A stretch of DNA of 64,000 nucleotides from a virus: positions 1-64,000 of the IMG/VR virus record IMGVR_UViG_3300025137_005412; one strand, written 5' to 3'. The position numbers and the translations under genes are program-made. How positions within the stretch are numbered: the first letter of the stretch is position 1; each line of letters opens with the position of its first letter. A model generated the notes under the pieces. That model saw only the letters and a program-made list of their open reading frames with translations, did no database searches and was not told the origin of the DNA. Positions 29,978 to 38,546 of this stretch are shown piece by piece.

Positions 29978-30260
29978 TAAGATGCTTTAATCTTAATCTC
30001 AAATGTATCATATCATTTATACAATCAGGGCAATTTCTCTGTTGCCATTGTAATAGGAATTCCTGCATCTTAGCTTCATTCTTCTTTACACTTTCAAAGA
30101 TAACATCTTTGTGTAAGTCATTCTCTTTATATTCTTTTATAAGAGTGGATGAGCCGTAATACTTTTTGAATTGCTTATCTGGTTTACCTGAATAGCCGAT
30201 ATAATACCTGCCATCTGGAAAATAGGTGCAATAAACTCTGTGAATTTTTTTAGTCGCCAT
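29931..30260 (-). CDS. GIY-YIG-like small protein
   Basis: VYCTY...YYIGYS, YYGSS. Confidence 0.6.
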   Translation of the reverse strand: MATKKIHRVYCTYFPDGRYYIGYSGKPDKQFKKYYGSSTLIKEYKENDLHKDVIFESVKKNEAKMQEFLLQWQQRNCPDCINDMIHLRLRLKHLSEFKPIDWKPRDVPA

Positions 30261-30288
30261 TTGAAATAATCTCCATAATATAGTATTA

Positions 30289-30296
30289 TATTTATA
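30289..30296 (-). promoter_or_regulatory. T4-type late promoter driving the minus-strand cassette
   Basis: TATTTATA on + = TATAAATA on -. Confidence 0.6.
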
Positions 30297-30649
30297 TGAG
30301 TATCAAAGCTGGAAAAATTTGGGGTCAAACAGAGCTAATTCATGCGAATGGCGTGCTTGAATTCCACCGCATAGAATACAAAGCGGGATATAAATGTAGT
30401 GAACATGAACATCAATTCAAATGGAATGGCTTCTTTGTTGAGTCAGGAAAAATGTTGATAAGAGTTTGGCAAGAAGATCAAGAAGGTCTTGTTGATGAAA
30501 CTATCTTAGGTCCAGGAGAATTTACGCAAGTAAAACCTGGTAAGATACACCAATTTGAAGGTATTGAAGATGGTGTAGCTTTTGAGTTATATTGGGCAGA
30601 GTTCAATCATAATGATATTATAAGAAGAACTGTAGGAACTAAAACATAA
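30296..30649 (+). CDS. cupin protein
   Basis: CSEHEH..KWNGFFVESG, PGKIHQF. Confidence 0.8.
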   Translation: MSIKAGKIWGQTELIHANGVLEFHRIEYKAGYKCSEHEHQFKWNGFFVESGKMLIRVWQEDQEGLVDETILGPGEFTQVKPGKIHQFEGIEDGVAFELYWAEFNHNDIIRRTVGTKT

Positions 30650-30891
30650 TGGGTAAATTTTTAAAAACATCTATGGATGAAAAAGTAATTCACTATCTAG
30701 CAATTGAACTACACAAGCTAGATCCTGATAACGATACATTAAATAGATTAAAGTCAATGCAAAATGACAATGGCTTTGAATTAGATAAAGTACTAAAAGA
30801 ATATGACAAAACGAAAACCTATCCAACGCATTACAATACCGATGGTACATGGAAAAACCCGCCAGGCAAAAGTACTATTTGGCCAGGATAG
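30649..30891 (+). CDS. hypothetical protein
   Basis: TAATG-coupled ORF. Confidence 0.6.
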   Translation: MGKFLKTSMDEKVIHYLAIELHKLDPDNDTLNRLKSMQNDNGFELDKVLKEYDKTKTYPTHYNTDGTWKNPPGKSTIWPG

Positions 30892-31048
30892 TCCATACGG
30901 TCATAAAGTAGAAAAAGACAAAACAAAAGTAATACCACGAAAATCTAAATATAACAAAAAGTTATAAAAGGAATAATCTTTAGATCAATGCCAGTTTGTC
31001 ACACTATATAAGTGATAAATTATTTTAACCCGATTATATATCTAGTAA

Positions 31049-31192
31049 ATGACAATGACCTTTAAAAAATACAAAGCTGAACATCCGAAAATTTGCCGAT
31101 TCTGTGAAGTAGCTCGCGATATTAGTATCCTAGTTGGTACTATATTCATGCCACTTCTACTCGCAATGATCGGACACTACAGCTACTACTGA
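31049..31192 (+). CDS. 47-aa membrane peptide with CxxC (not in ORF track)
   Basis: MTMTFKKYKAEHPKICRFCEVARDISILVGTIFMPLLLAMIGHYSYY*. Confidence 0.5.
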   Translation: MTMTFKKYKAEHPKICRFCEVARDISILVGTIFMPLLLAMIGHYSYY

Positions 31193-31236
31193 CCAAGCTA
31201 TACTGAATAGCTAACAAAAAAATAGGGGCACATAGG

Positions 31237-31244
31237 TATAAATA
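31237..31244 (+). promoter_or_regulatory. T4-type late promoter for hsp20
   Basis: TATAAATA. Confidence 0.7.
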
Positions 31245-31248
31245 TAAT

Positions 31249-31306
31249 AGACTTGCTGATAATCAGGAGTCTTTTGTAAACTTGCTTTAATAAGGAGGAA
31301 ACTATG
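31249..31306 (+). ncRNA. ROSE-like RNA thermometer in hsp20 5' UTR
   Basis: CUUGCUU-UAAU-AAGGAG hairpin pairs the SD with a bulged G; a second UUGCU/AGGA hairpin precedes it. Confidence 0.65.
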
Positions 31307-31732
31307 AACGCAATTACATTCCCACGATCGGCCTTTATCGGATTCGATCAACTCTTCAACGAACTAGAATCATCTGTATGGAAAGACACACAGTCTTATC
31401 CACCACACAACATCATTAAGATTAGTGAAGAAAAATTTGCTATCGAATTGGCTGTTGCTGGATTTAGTATGGATGCAATCGATATTACTGTCAAAGACGG
31501 TGAGTTGTTTGTTGCAGGCAAAGCTGAAAAGAAAGATAAGAACTATGTACACAAAGGTATTAGTTCAAGACACTTTCAAAAAGCTTTTAAACTTCAAGAA
31601 CATGTTGAAGTCACTGATGCCAATTTATCTGATGGTATTTTAAGCATCTCTTTGGAACTAAAAGTTCCTGAAGAGAAGAAGCCAAAGTCTATTAAGATTA
31701 ATAAAGGCGAGCCTGAATATCTGAAAGGATAA
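31304..31732 (+). CDS. hsp20: small heat shock protein
   Basis: FIGFDQLF, YPPHNI, ELAVAGF, HKGISSRHF, DGILSI, PEEKKPKSIKI. Confidence 0.96.
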   Translation: MNAITFPRSAFIGFDQLFNELESSVWKDTQSYPPHNIIKISEEKFAIELAVAGFSMDAIDITVKDGELFVAGKAEKKDKNYVHKGISSRHFQKAFKLQEHVEVTDANLSDGILSISLELKVPEEKKPKSIKINKGEPEYLKG

Positions 31733-31756
31733 TCAAAAAAAAATCTCTAGTAGTGG

Positions 31757-31764
31757 TATAAATA
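31757..31764 (+). promoter_or_regulatory. T4-type late promoter upstream of uvsX
   Basis: TATAAATA. Confidence 0.55.
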
Positions 31765-31813
31765 TATCATGGAGTTGGTATACTCTTCATAAAACAACCA
31801 ACAAAGGAATATT

Positions 31814-32884
31814 ATGTCACTACTAGAAAAACTCAAAAAAACGTCAACGGTAAAATCAACAGCCGTTCTTGCTGAATCAGCATTATTCAACAAAAAAGAT
31901 ATGGTCCCAACAGATATACCTGTTGTTAACATTGCACTATCTGGAAAAGTTGAAGGTGGTCTTACTTCAGGCCTTACAATACTTGCTGGTCCATCAAAAC
32001 ATTTCAAATCAAACTTAGCTTTACTTATGGCTTCTGCATATCTTAGAAAATATGAAGATGCTGTATGTCTATTATATGATACAGAATTCGGTATCACACC
32101 TGAATATCTTCAAAGTATGAATGTAGATCCTAAAAGATGTATGCATACACCAATAGAACATGTAGAACAACTTAAGTTTGATATTACAAAACAATTAGAA
32201 CAAATTGACAAAGGCGATAAGGTCATTATACTTATTGATTCAGTTGGTAATTTAGCTTCAAAGAAAGAACTTGAAGATGCACTTGATGGTAAGTCAGTTG
32301 CTGATATGTCAAGAGCTAAAGCAATTAAATCTTTATTTAGAATAATTACACCTTACCTAACAACAAGAGATATACCATTAGTTGCGGTAAATCATACATA
32401 TAAAGAGATTGGCATGTTCCCTAAAGACATTATGTCTGGTGGTTCAGGTATTTACTACTCAGCCAATCAAATATTATTTATGGGTAGGCAACAAGAAAAA
32501 GATGGTACAGAAATCTCAGGTTATAACTTTATGATGGGTGTTGAAAAATCTAGATTTGTAAGAGAAAAAACAAGACTTCCATTATCAATATCATGGGAAG
32601 GTGGCATTAACAAATGGTCAGGCCTTCTTGATATCGGACTAGAACTTGGATGGATTACTAAACCATCTGTTGGTTGGTTCGAAGGTACTAATCCTAATAC
32701 AGGTGAAGTATTTTTAAAGAAAAGACGAGCAGAAACTAATTCATCAGAGTATTGGCTACCATTACTTAAGTCTGGTTTTAGTGATGCTATTGAAAAAAGA
32801 TATGCAATTGGTTCTATTCAATCAGTAGTGGAGGAAAATGTCGAAGTTGTCGAAGAAGATTCAACCGTTGATAACGATCAATGA
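31814..32884 (+). CDS. uvsX: RecA-like recombinase
   Basis: AGPSKHFKS, YDTEFG, DSVGNLASKKE, ADMSRAK. Confidence 0.96.
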   Translation: MSLLEKLKKTSTVKSTAVLAESALFNKKDMVPTDIPVVNIALSGKVEGGLTSGLTILAGPSKHFKSNLALLMASAYLRKYEDAVCLLYDTEFGITPEYLQSMNVDPKRCMHTPIEHVEQLKFDITKQLEQIDKGDKVIILIDSVGNLASKKELEDALDGKSVADMSRAKAIKSLFRIITPYLTTRDIPLVAVNHTYKEIGMFPKDIMSGGSGIYYSANQILFMGRQQEKDGTEISGYNFMMGVEKSRFVREKTRLPLSISWEGGINKWSGLLDIGLELGWITKPSVGWFEGTNPNTGEVFLKKRRAETNSSEYWLPLLKSGFSDAIEKRYAIGSIQSVVEENVEVVEEDSTVDNDQ

Positions 32885-33641
32885 TCAGCCGTATCTTCAT
32901 ATAGATCTATTAGATAATAATACTGCAAGTGAAATTCATCAAGAAGTAGTATGGGGTATGTCAATGACTGACAATACTATATTTAGTGTTGGTGATGACT
33001 ATAGTCGTGGTGATGCATATACCAAATATTTTGATTCAGATTTTTTAGATGTAAAATATGCTAGGCAGGCATTATCAGAAGATGAAGAACAAAGAATCAA
33101 GTCATTACCAGTTGATGATTTTAAAAAGCAAAAGATTATGGAAAGGTATCTTAAGTTCTCTAAAGGTGCTTATTACCCATGGAGAGATGTATATCCAATC
33201 ATGTGGTCTCAATGGAATGAACAAGAACATATTCATGGTAAGTATATTCCAGATGAAGCAAAGAAATTATTTCCTGGTACAATTAAATGGATATGGTCAA
33301 AGCTACCATTTAAGCAAATTGGTAGAGTGAATATATTTGGTGTAGATAGTTCTCAACATATTACGGTACATAGAGATAATAATCCATTTGTAATGGGTAG
33401 TGATCATCATTCAATTATGTTAAGTCCAGCAAAAAACAAAAGGAGTTTTATATACGACCAAGAAAATGATAAGAAACATTATGTAGATAGCAACTGTTAT
33501 GTATTTCATGATCTTAATTATCATGGTGTTGATCCTAATCCACAATGGACATACACTATTAGAGTAGATGGAATATTTACAGACACATTTTTAAACAACT
33601 TAGAATATAGGAGGCCATGGAATGTCAAAAAACAATCCTAA
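32838..33641 (+). CDS. cupin/2OG-Fe(II) oxygenase-like protein
   Basis: LPFKQIGRV, TVHRD, NYHGV, YTIRVDG. Confidence 0.55.
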   Translation: MSKLSKKIQPLITINDQPYLHIDLLDNNTASEIHQEVVWGMSMTDNTIFSVGDDYSRGDAYTKYFDSDFLDVKYARQALSEDEEQRIKSLPVDDFKKQKIMERYLKFSKGAYYPWRDVYPIMWSQWNEQEHIHGKYIPDEAKKLFPGTIKWIWSKLPFKQIGRVNIFGVDSSQHITVHRDNNPFVMGSDHHSIMLSPAKNKRSFIYDQENDKKHYVDSNCYVFHDLNYHGVDPNPQWTYTIRVDGIFTDTFLNNLEYRRPWNVKKQS

Positions 33642-33903
33642 GAATTTTAAATCATATATAGACCCTGAAGGTGGTGAATGGATAGAAGTCACCGGTAAAG
33701 GTCATAAATATAATGGTGTTATATGGAGACCAGTAGATATGGATCTTAAAGAAGATAAGATTAAATTTCAAGTAGAGTTTCTCACTATCGAAGATGCTGA
33801 GAAATATGCTAAAGAATCAAAGTTTGAACAAATGGCATCTGATATTATAGCAGACATATTAAACGTGAAAAAGAATGATGCACCGAGTATAATTATTCCA
33901 TGA
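33622..33903 (+). CDS. hypothetical, gp40-like by position
   Basis: Immediately upstream of gp41 as T4 gp40. Confidence 0.4.
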   Translation: MSKNNPKNFKSYIDPEGGEWIEVTGKGHKYNGVIWRPVDMDLKEDKIKFQVEFLTIEDAEKYAKESKFEQMASDIIADILNVKKNDAPSIIIP

Positions 33904-35270
33904 GTGTTGATTCAACAGAACTTAGAAAAGGTATCTTATACAATATGATGGTCAACGAAGACTATTGTAGAAAAGTTGCACCATTTCTTAAAGATGATTA
34001 TTTTACAGAAAAGCATGAGAAAGTTATTCTCGAAGAAGTTGTAAGATACTTTAATAAGAACAATGCATTACCTAGTTCTGCTGCACTTAAAATTGAAGTT
34101 GAATCAAGAACTGATTTGACTGAGCCAATTTATAACTCTATTCAAGATTTTCTAAATAAAGATATACAGCCAATTAATAAAACTGATTGGTTAGTTGATA
34201 AAACAGAAATGTGGTGTCAAGAGCGTGCAATAGTAAATGCAGTATATAAAGCTGTTAATGTTATTGGTGGTGATGATAAGAAAACTCCAATGACAGCATT
34301 ACCTGAATTATTACATGATGCTATTGGTACTTCATTTGATAAATCTGTAGGTCATGATTATACAGAACAAGTTGAAGAAAGATGGGATTACTATAATAAG
34401 AAAGAAAACAAATTAGAAACTGGTCTTGAACATTTAGATTATATCTTACGTGGTGGTATTCCTGAAAAAACACTTGGTGTTATTATGGCTGGTACTGGTG
34501 TAGGTAAATCTTTATTTATGTGTTCAGTATCATCAAGTTTACTTGAACGTGGTAAAAATATTCTTTATATTACTATGGAAATGGCAGAAGAAAAGATTGC
34601 ACAAAGAATTGATCAGAATTTACTTGACATGACTCAAGAAGAATTAGATTCTGTTGGTAAAGATAACTTCTTAAAAAGATTCCAAACATTAAGAACAAAA
34701 ACACAAGGTAGATTAGTTGTAAAAGAATATCCTACTGGTATGGCTACTGCAGCACACTTCAGATCTTTACTTAAAGAACTTGATATGAAGAAAACATTTG
34801 TACCTGATTTAATATGTATTGATTATCTTAATATTTGTAATTCTCTTAGTATAGGTAAAAATGCAAACAGCTATGAAAAGATAAAAGCTATTGCTGAAGA
34901 ACTTCGTGCATTAGCTATGGAATACAATGTTCCTGTATTAACTGCTACACAAACAAATAGACAAGGCATGAATGATGCTGATGTTGGTATGACTGATGTT
35001 TCAGAATCATTTGGTTTACCTATGACAGCGGATTACTTCTTTGCTATGACTACAAATGATCAACTTAGAAATGATATGATGATTAGATTCAGTCAACTTA
35101 AGAATCGTTATGGTGATCCAGCAGATAGAAAAAACTGGCTACTCGGTGTTGATTATGAACATATGAAAGTCACTGATATAAAAGATCAACCTACACATAT
35201 AGAAGCACAAAATCATGCAGCCAAAAATCCACAAACTGCTCAGCCTACCCTCAATATTGATTGGACCTAA
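33900..35270 (+). CDS. gp41: replicative DNA helicase
   Basis: AGTGVGKS, EMAEEKIAQRID, IDYLNIC, SESFGLP, LKNRY. Confidence 0.96.
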   Translation: MSVDSTELRKGILYNMMVNEDYCRKVAPFLKDDYFTEKHEKVILEEVVRYFNKNNALPSSAALKIEVESRTDLTEPIYNSIQDFLNKDIQPINKTDWLVDKTEMWCQERAIVNAVYKAVNVIGGDDKKTPMTALPELLHDAIGTSFDKSVGHDYTEQVEERWDYYNKKENKLETGLEHLDYILRGGIPEKTLGVIMAGTGVGKSLFMCSVSSSLLERGKNILYITMEMAEEKIAQRIDQNLLDMTQEELDSVGKDNFLKRFQTLRTKTQGRLVVKEYPTGMATAAHFRSLLKELDMKKTFVPDLICIDYLNICNSLSIGKNANSYEKIKAIAEELRALAMEYNVPVLTATQTNRQGMNDADVGMTDVSESFGLPMTADYFFAMTTNDQLRNDMMIRFSQLKNRYGDPADRKNWLLGVDYEHMKVTDIKDQPTHIEAQNHAAKNPQTAQPTLNIDWT

Positions 35271-35337
35271 ACCATTCTCTTAGAGTATAAAAAATATACT
35301 CAGAACTAGTATAATATTAATAGCAAAAGGAGATAAT

Positions 35338-36186
35338 ATGATTTTATTAGATTTTAGTTCAATAGCCATGTCAGCCATGTTCCCACGTATCGAGGAGTTT
35401 GATGAGGAAAAAGAACTTATAAGACACACGATGATTAACATTATTCGTAAGTATAATGTAGAACATAGAGATGAATATGGTGAAACAATAGTATGTATGG
35501 ATGCTGCTAATTCATGGCGTAGACAATACTTTACACCATATAAAGCTAATCGTAGAAAGAATAGAAGTAATAGTATACACGATTGGGATGGTATCTTTAA
35601 GATGATCAATCAGGTACGTGATGATATTATACAGTATAGTCCATTTAAATGTGTATGGGTAGACACATGTGAAGCAGATGATGCTATAGGAACTATTGTA
35701 GAAAAGAATAATACACCTCAGCCAGTACTTATTGTATCTCCTGATGGTGATTTCAAACAATTACAGAAATATCCTAATGTAAAACAATGGTCAAATATAC
35801 AGAAAAAATGGGTAAAATCAGATAATCCTGAAGAAGAACTATTTGAAAAGATATGTAGAGGTGACACTGGTGATGGTGTTCCTAATGTATTATCTGATGA
35901 TGAAGTACTTATTACTGAAGGTGCAAGACAAACACCTGTCACAAAGAAACAAATGACAATGTTAAAAGGTGATCCATTAGAATGGCCACTACAAGTACAA
36001 CGTAGATTTATTAGAAATAAACAACTTATTGATCTAACTCAGACTCCAGAGCTGAAAAAAGATGAAATCATGAAGCAATATAATGGTGATACGCGTGGTT
36101 CTATACAGAAATGGATGAGTTATCTCATGAAACACCAAATGAAGCTTCATTTAGAGTCATTGACTGATTTCGAAGTTCGAAAATAA
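35338..36186 (+). CDS. rnh: T4 RNase H (5'-3' exonuclease)
   Basis: MILLDFS, YKANR, EADD, SPDGDFKQL, GDTGDGVPN. Confidence 0.93.
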   Translation: MILLDFSSIAMSAMFPRIEEFDEEKELIRHTMINIIRKYNVEHRDEYGETIVCMDAANSWRRQYFTPYKANRRKNRSNSIHDWDGIFKMINQVRDDIIQYSPFKCVWVDTCEADDAIGTIVEKNNTPQPVLIVSPDGDFKQLQKYPNVKQWSNIQKKWVKSDNPEEELFEKICRGDTGDGVPNVLSDDEVLITEGARQTPVTKKQMTMLKGDPLEWPLQVQRRFIRNKQLIDLTQTPELKKDEIMKQYNGDTRGSIQKWMSYLMKHQMKLHLESLTDFEVRK

Positions 36187-36230
36187 TAAATACTATGTCG
36201 ACAATTTAACATTATTTAAGGAGACTCCAA

Positions 36231-36881
36231 ATGGCATATAAAGGTTATAGAAAACCAATCGTATTTCGAGGTACAGATTCAGAGACATCTCTGCAATATG
36301 TAGGTTCGGTAGATACGACTACCACTGGAACTACTGATTCTGACGATAATACACTTGCTACGGTCGGCGGATTTGGAGTCACTCATGCAGTCACTTCTAG
36401 AAAAGCATCCGGTAATACTGTAGCAACTGCCGATTCCGATGGAAACAAAGGAACAGTCAAATCATTAGAGATATTGGAAGCGCTGCCAGGTTGGTACATG
36501 AAAGGTGATTCATCAAAAGGAAATACAGCAATACTGGATTCCGATGCTGAAGGCAACTTTGGTACAGACCTAGGTACTTCTACTGATGTTCAGGTTGAAA
36601 ATGGTATATACACATTAAGTTTCGCTACTAGAGATTCAGACTGTGGTGTAGGTGACTACATCGTAGCTGTTCAAGGTGGTGGAGTTTACTATGAAGGCTA
36701 TGTCACTGGCAAAACAACAGGAAACAATGATATCCAGATTCGTCCGGTATCAGGAAACTGGAAAGGTTTTGACGGTACAGCAGCTTGGAAATATACCACT
36801 TCAAACAAACAGCATAAAGGTCAAGATATCGAATTTGCTGGAACAGTAGTAGATGCACCAACAGCTAAATTCAAAATTTAG
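36231..36881 (+). CDS. Gly/Thr/Asp-rich putative virion protein with DSD motifs
   Basis: AATAAATA at 36185-36192, strong AAGGAG RBS, beta-rich composition, six DS / four DSD. Confidence 0.6.
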   Translation: MAYKGYRKPIVFRGTDSETSLQYVGSVDTTTTGTTDSDDNTLATVGGFGVTHAVTSRKASGNTVATADSDGNKGTVKSLEILEALPGWYMKGDSSKGNTAILDSDAEGNFGTDLGTSTDVQVENGIYTLSFATRDSDCGVGDYIVAVQGGGVYYEGYVTGKTTGNNDIQIRPVSGNWKGFDGTAAWKYTTSNKQHKGQDIEFAGTVVDAPTAKFKI

Positions 36882-36893
36882 AGGTAGTTAATT

Positions 36894-37430
36894 ATGGCAA
36901 CAGCGGTTATTACATGGGGCAGAATGAACCCACCAACCGCTGGTCATGAAAAACTGGTAAACAAATTAAGAAAGGCTTCTCGCTTTCACGGTGGGAAGCC
37001 TTTCGTGTTTCTAACGAAGACATTCAAAAAACCAAAAGACCCACTTCCATATAGAGATAAAGTCAAGCTTGCAAAGAAAGCATTTGGTAATATTGTAAAA
37101 GATCATAAAGGTAAAACACTTATTGATCTTATGAAAGAACTAGAAAAGAAGTATGATGACCTATATGTAGTTGTAGGCTCTGATAGAGTAAGTGAATTCG
37201 AAACACTCTTAAACAAATATAATGGAAAAGATTATACATTTTCTAGTATAACTATATTATCTGCAGGAGAAAGAGACCCTGATGCAGAAGGTGTTTCTGG
37301 TATATCTGCAAGTAAGATGAGAAAATTTGCAGCTGATGATGATTATGATTCATTTGCTAAAGGTTTACCATCATTAATAAGAGGATCAACTGCTAAAAAA
37401 GCATTTGATTTAGTAAGAAAAAATTTATAA
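36894..37430 (+). CDS. cytidylyltransferase-like (HIGH-superfamily) protein
   Basis: WGRMNPPTAGH, VVGSDRV, SAGERDPD, SASKMR. Confidence 0.85.
   Translation: MATAVITWGRMNPPTAGHEKLVNKLRKASRFHGGKPFVFLTKTFKKPKDPLPYRDKVKLAKKAFGNIVKDHKGKTLIDLMKELEKKYDDLYVVVGSDRVSEFETLLNKYNGKDYTFSSITILSAGERDPDAEGVSGISASKMRKFAADDDYDSFAKGLPSLIRGSTAKKAFDLVRKNL
36970..37004 (+). terminator. strong hairpin inside 5' part of cytidylyltransferase gene
   Basis: GAAAGGCTTC...GAAGCCTTTC 10-bp perfect arms plus wobble pairs. Confidence 0.5.
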
Positions 37431-37445
37431 AAAAAAGGTTATATT

Positions 37446-38030
37446 ATGACTATAAAAACTCAAGACATGCAAGTCTTTGAAATCTTAAATGAACTAGATG
37501 CTTGCACAACAAAACAACGTAAAGTTGATCTCATAAACACTAAGTATAATTCACATACTCCATTACAATATATTCTGAGATGGAACTATGATGATAGCAT
37601 TAAATCAATGATGCCTGAAGGTGAACCACCATTTGATAAAGAAAGAAAAGATGGATCATCTCCACAATCATTATGGACATACTTAAAGATGTTTCCTAAT
37701 TTTGTTGAGTCAGCTCAATCTAAACAACTACCTGAATTGAAAAGAGAAAATCTATTCATTGAAATGCTTGATGCCTTGGATGTAGAAGAATCCGTAACGG
37801 TATGTCTTGCTAAAGACGGTAAGCTTGAGGATAAGTATAATATATCTTTAGATGTAGTAAATGCTGCATACCCTGATATTGGTTTAGTATCAGAACCCCT
37901 ACCTGAACCAACTCCAAAAGAACAAAAAGATGACCTTTTATCGCAAGCAAAGGCAGTAAAGGAACAAGTAAAAGAATTAAATAGTTTAGCAAAAGAGCTA
38001 ACTGATAAAGCAAAAGCGATAACGGAGTAA
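37446..38030 (+). CDS. conserved T4-like hypothetical protein
   Basis: MPEGEPPF, KRENLFIEML, AYP. Confidence 0.7.
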   Translation: MTIKTQDMQVFEILNELDACTTKQRKVDLINTKYNSHTPLQYILRWNYDDSIKSMMPEGEPPFDKERKDGSSPQSLWTYLKMFPNFVESAQSKQLPELKRENLFIEMLDALDVEESVTVCLAKDGKLEDKYNISLDVVNAAYPDIGLVSEPLPEPTPKEQKDDLLSQAKAVKEQVKELNSLAKELTDKAKAITE

Positions 38031-38033
38031 AAT

Positions 38034-38546
38034 ATGGCATTATTAGAATGCGTGAAATTTGGTCACGATATAGGCCAATTAAAGCCTGCAATAAATGAAG
38101 TAGGTTTTGATATACATTATAACAAAATCTACATGAAGTTAGTGGAAGATTTTAATAAAGGTATTGGCGATTTTGCTTTTAACAAAGCCGGAGCACACCT
38201 TCACGGGTTGTACTTCGAAAATTTAAGGGAACGAAGAGAAAACAATATCCCTATTGGAAAAGCGGAACATATCATTACACAAAGGTATGGGAATTTTGAT
38301 AATTTTAAGAAGCAAGTTCAAGAACAAGCTTCGAGATTACAAGGTTCTGGTTGGGTATTTATGAACATGCAAGGTTATGTGAATATTATACCTAATTATA
38401 GAATTGTAGATAATGTTGGAATGATTATAAACTGTTGGGAACATGCTTACGCATATACTTTCGGTCATGATCGAGCAGCATTTGTTGATTCTATATTTGA
38501 TATTATTGATTGGGATAAAGTTAACTCACGTTTGAATGGTGAGTAA
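38034..38546 (+). CDS. Fe/Mn superoxide dismutase-like protein (divergent)
   Basis: HLHGLYF, QGSGWV, NCWEHAY. Confidence 0.75.
   Translation: MALLECVKFGHDIGQLKPAINEVGFDIHYNKIYMKLVEDFNKGIGDFAFNKAGAHLHGLYFENLRERRENNIPIGKAEHIITQRYGNFDNFKKQVQEQASRLQGSGWVFMNMQGYVNIIPNYRIVDNVGMIINCWEHAYAYTFGHDRAAFVDSIFDIIDWDKVNSRLNGE

Noticed and set aside
29931-30260. Mobile homing endonuclease
   Set aside because: Only 109 aa with no DNA-binding extension; mobility cannot be supported
19849-35270. Introns or inteins in gp43, nrdA, nrdB, uvsX, gp41
   Set aside because: ORFs are uninterrupted and of normal length; the nrdA extra domain is a glutaredoxin
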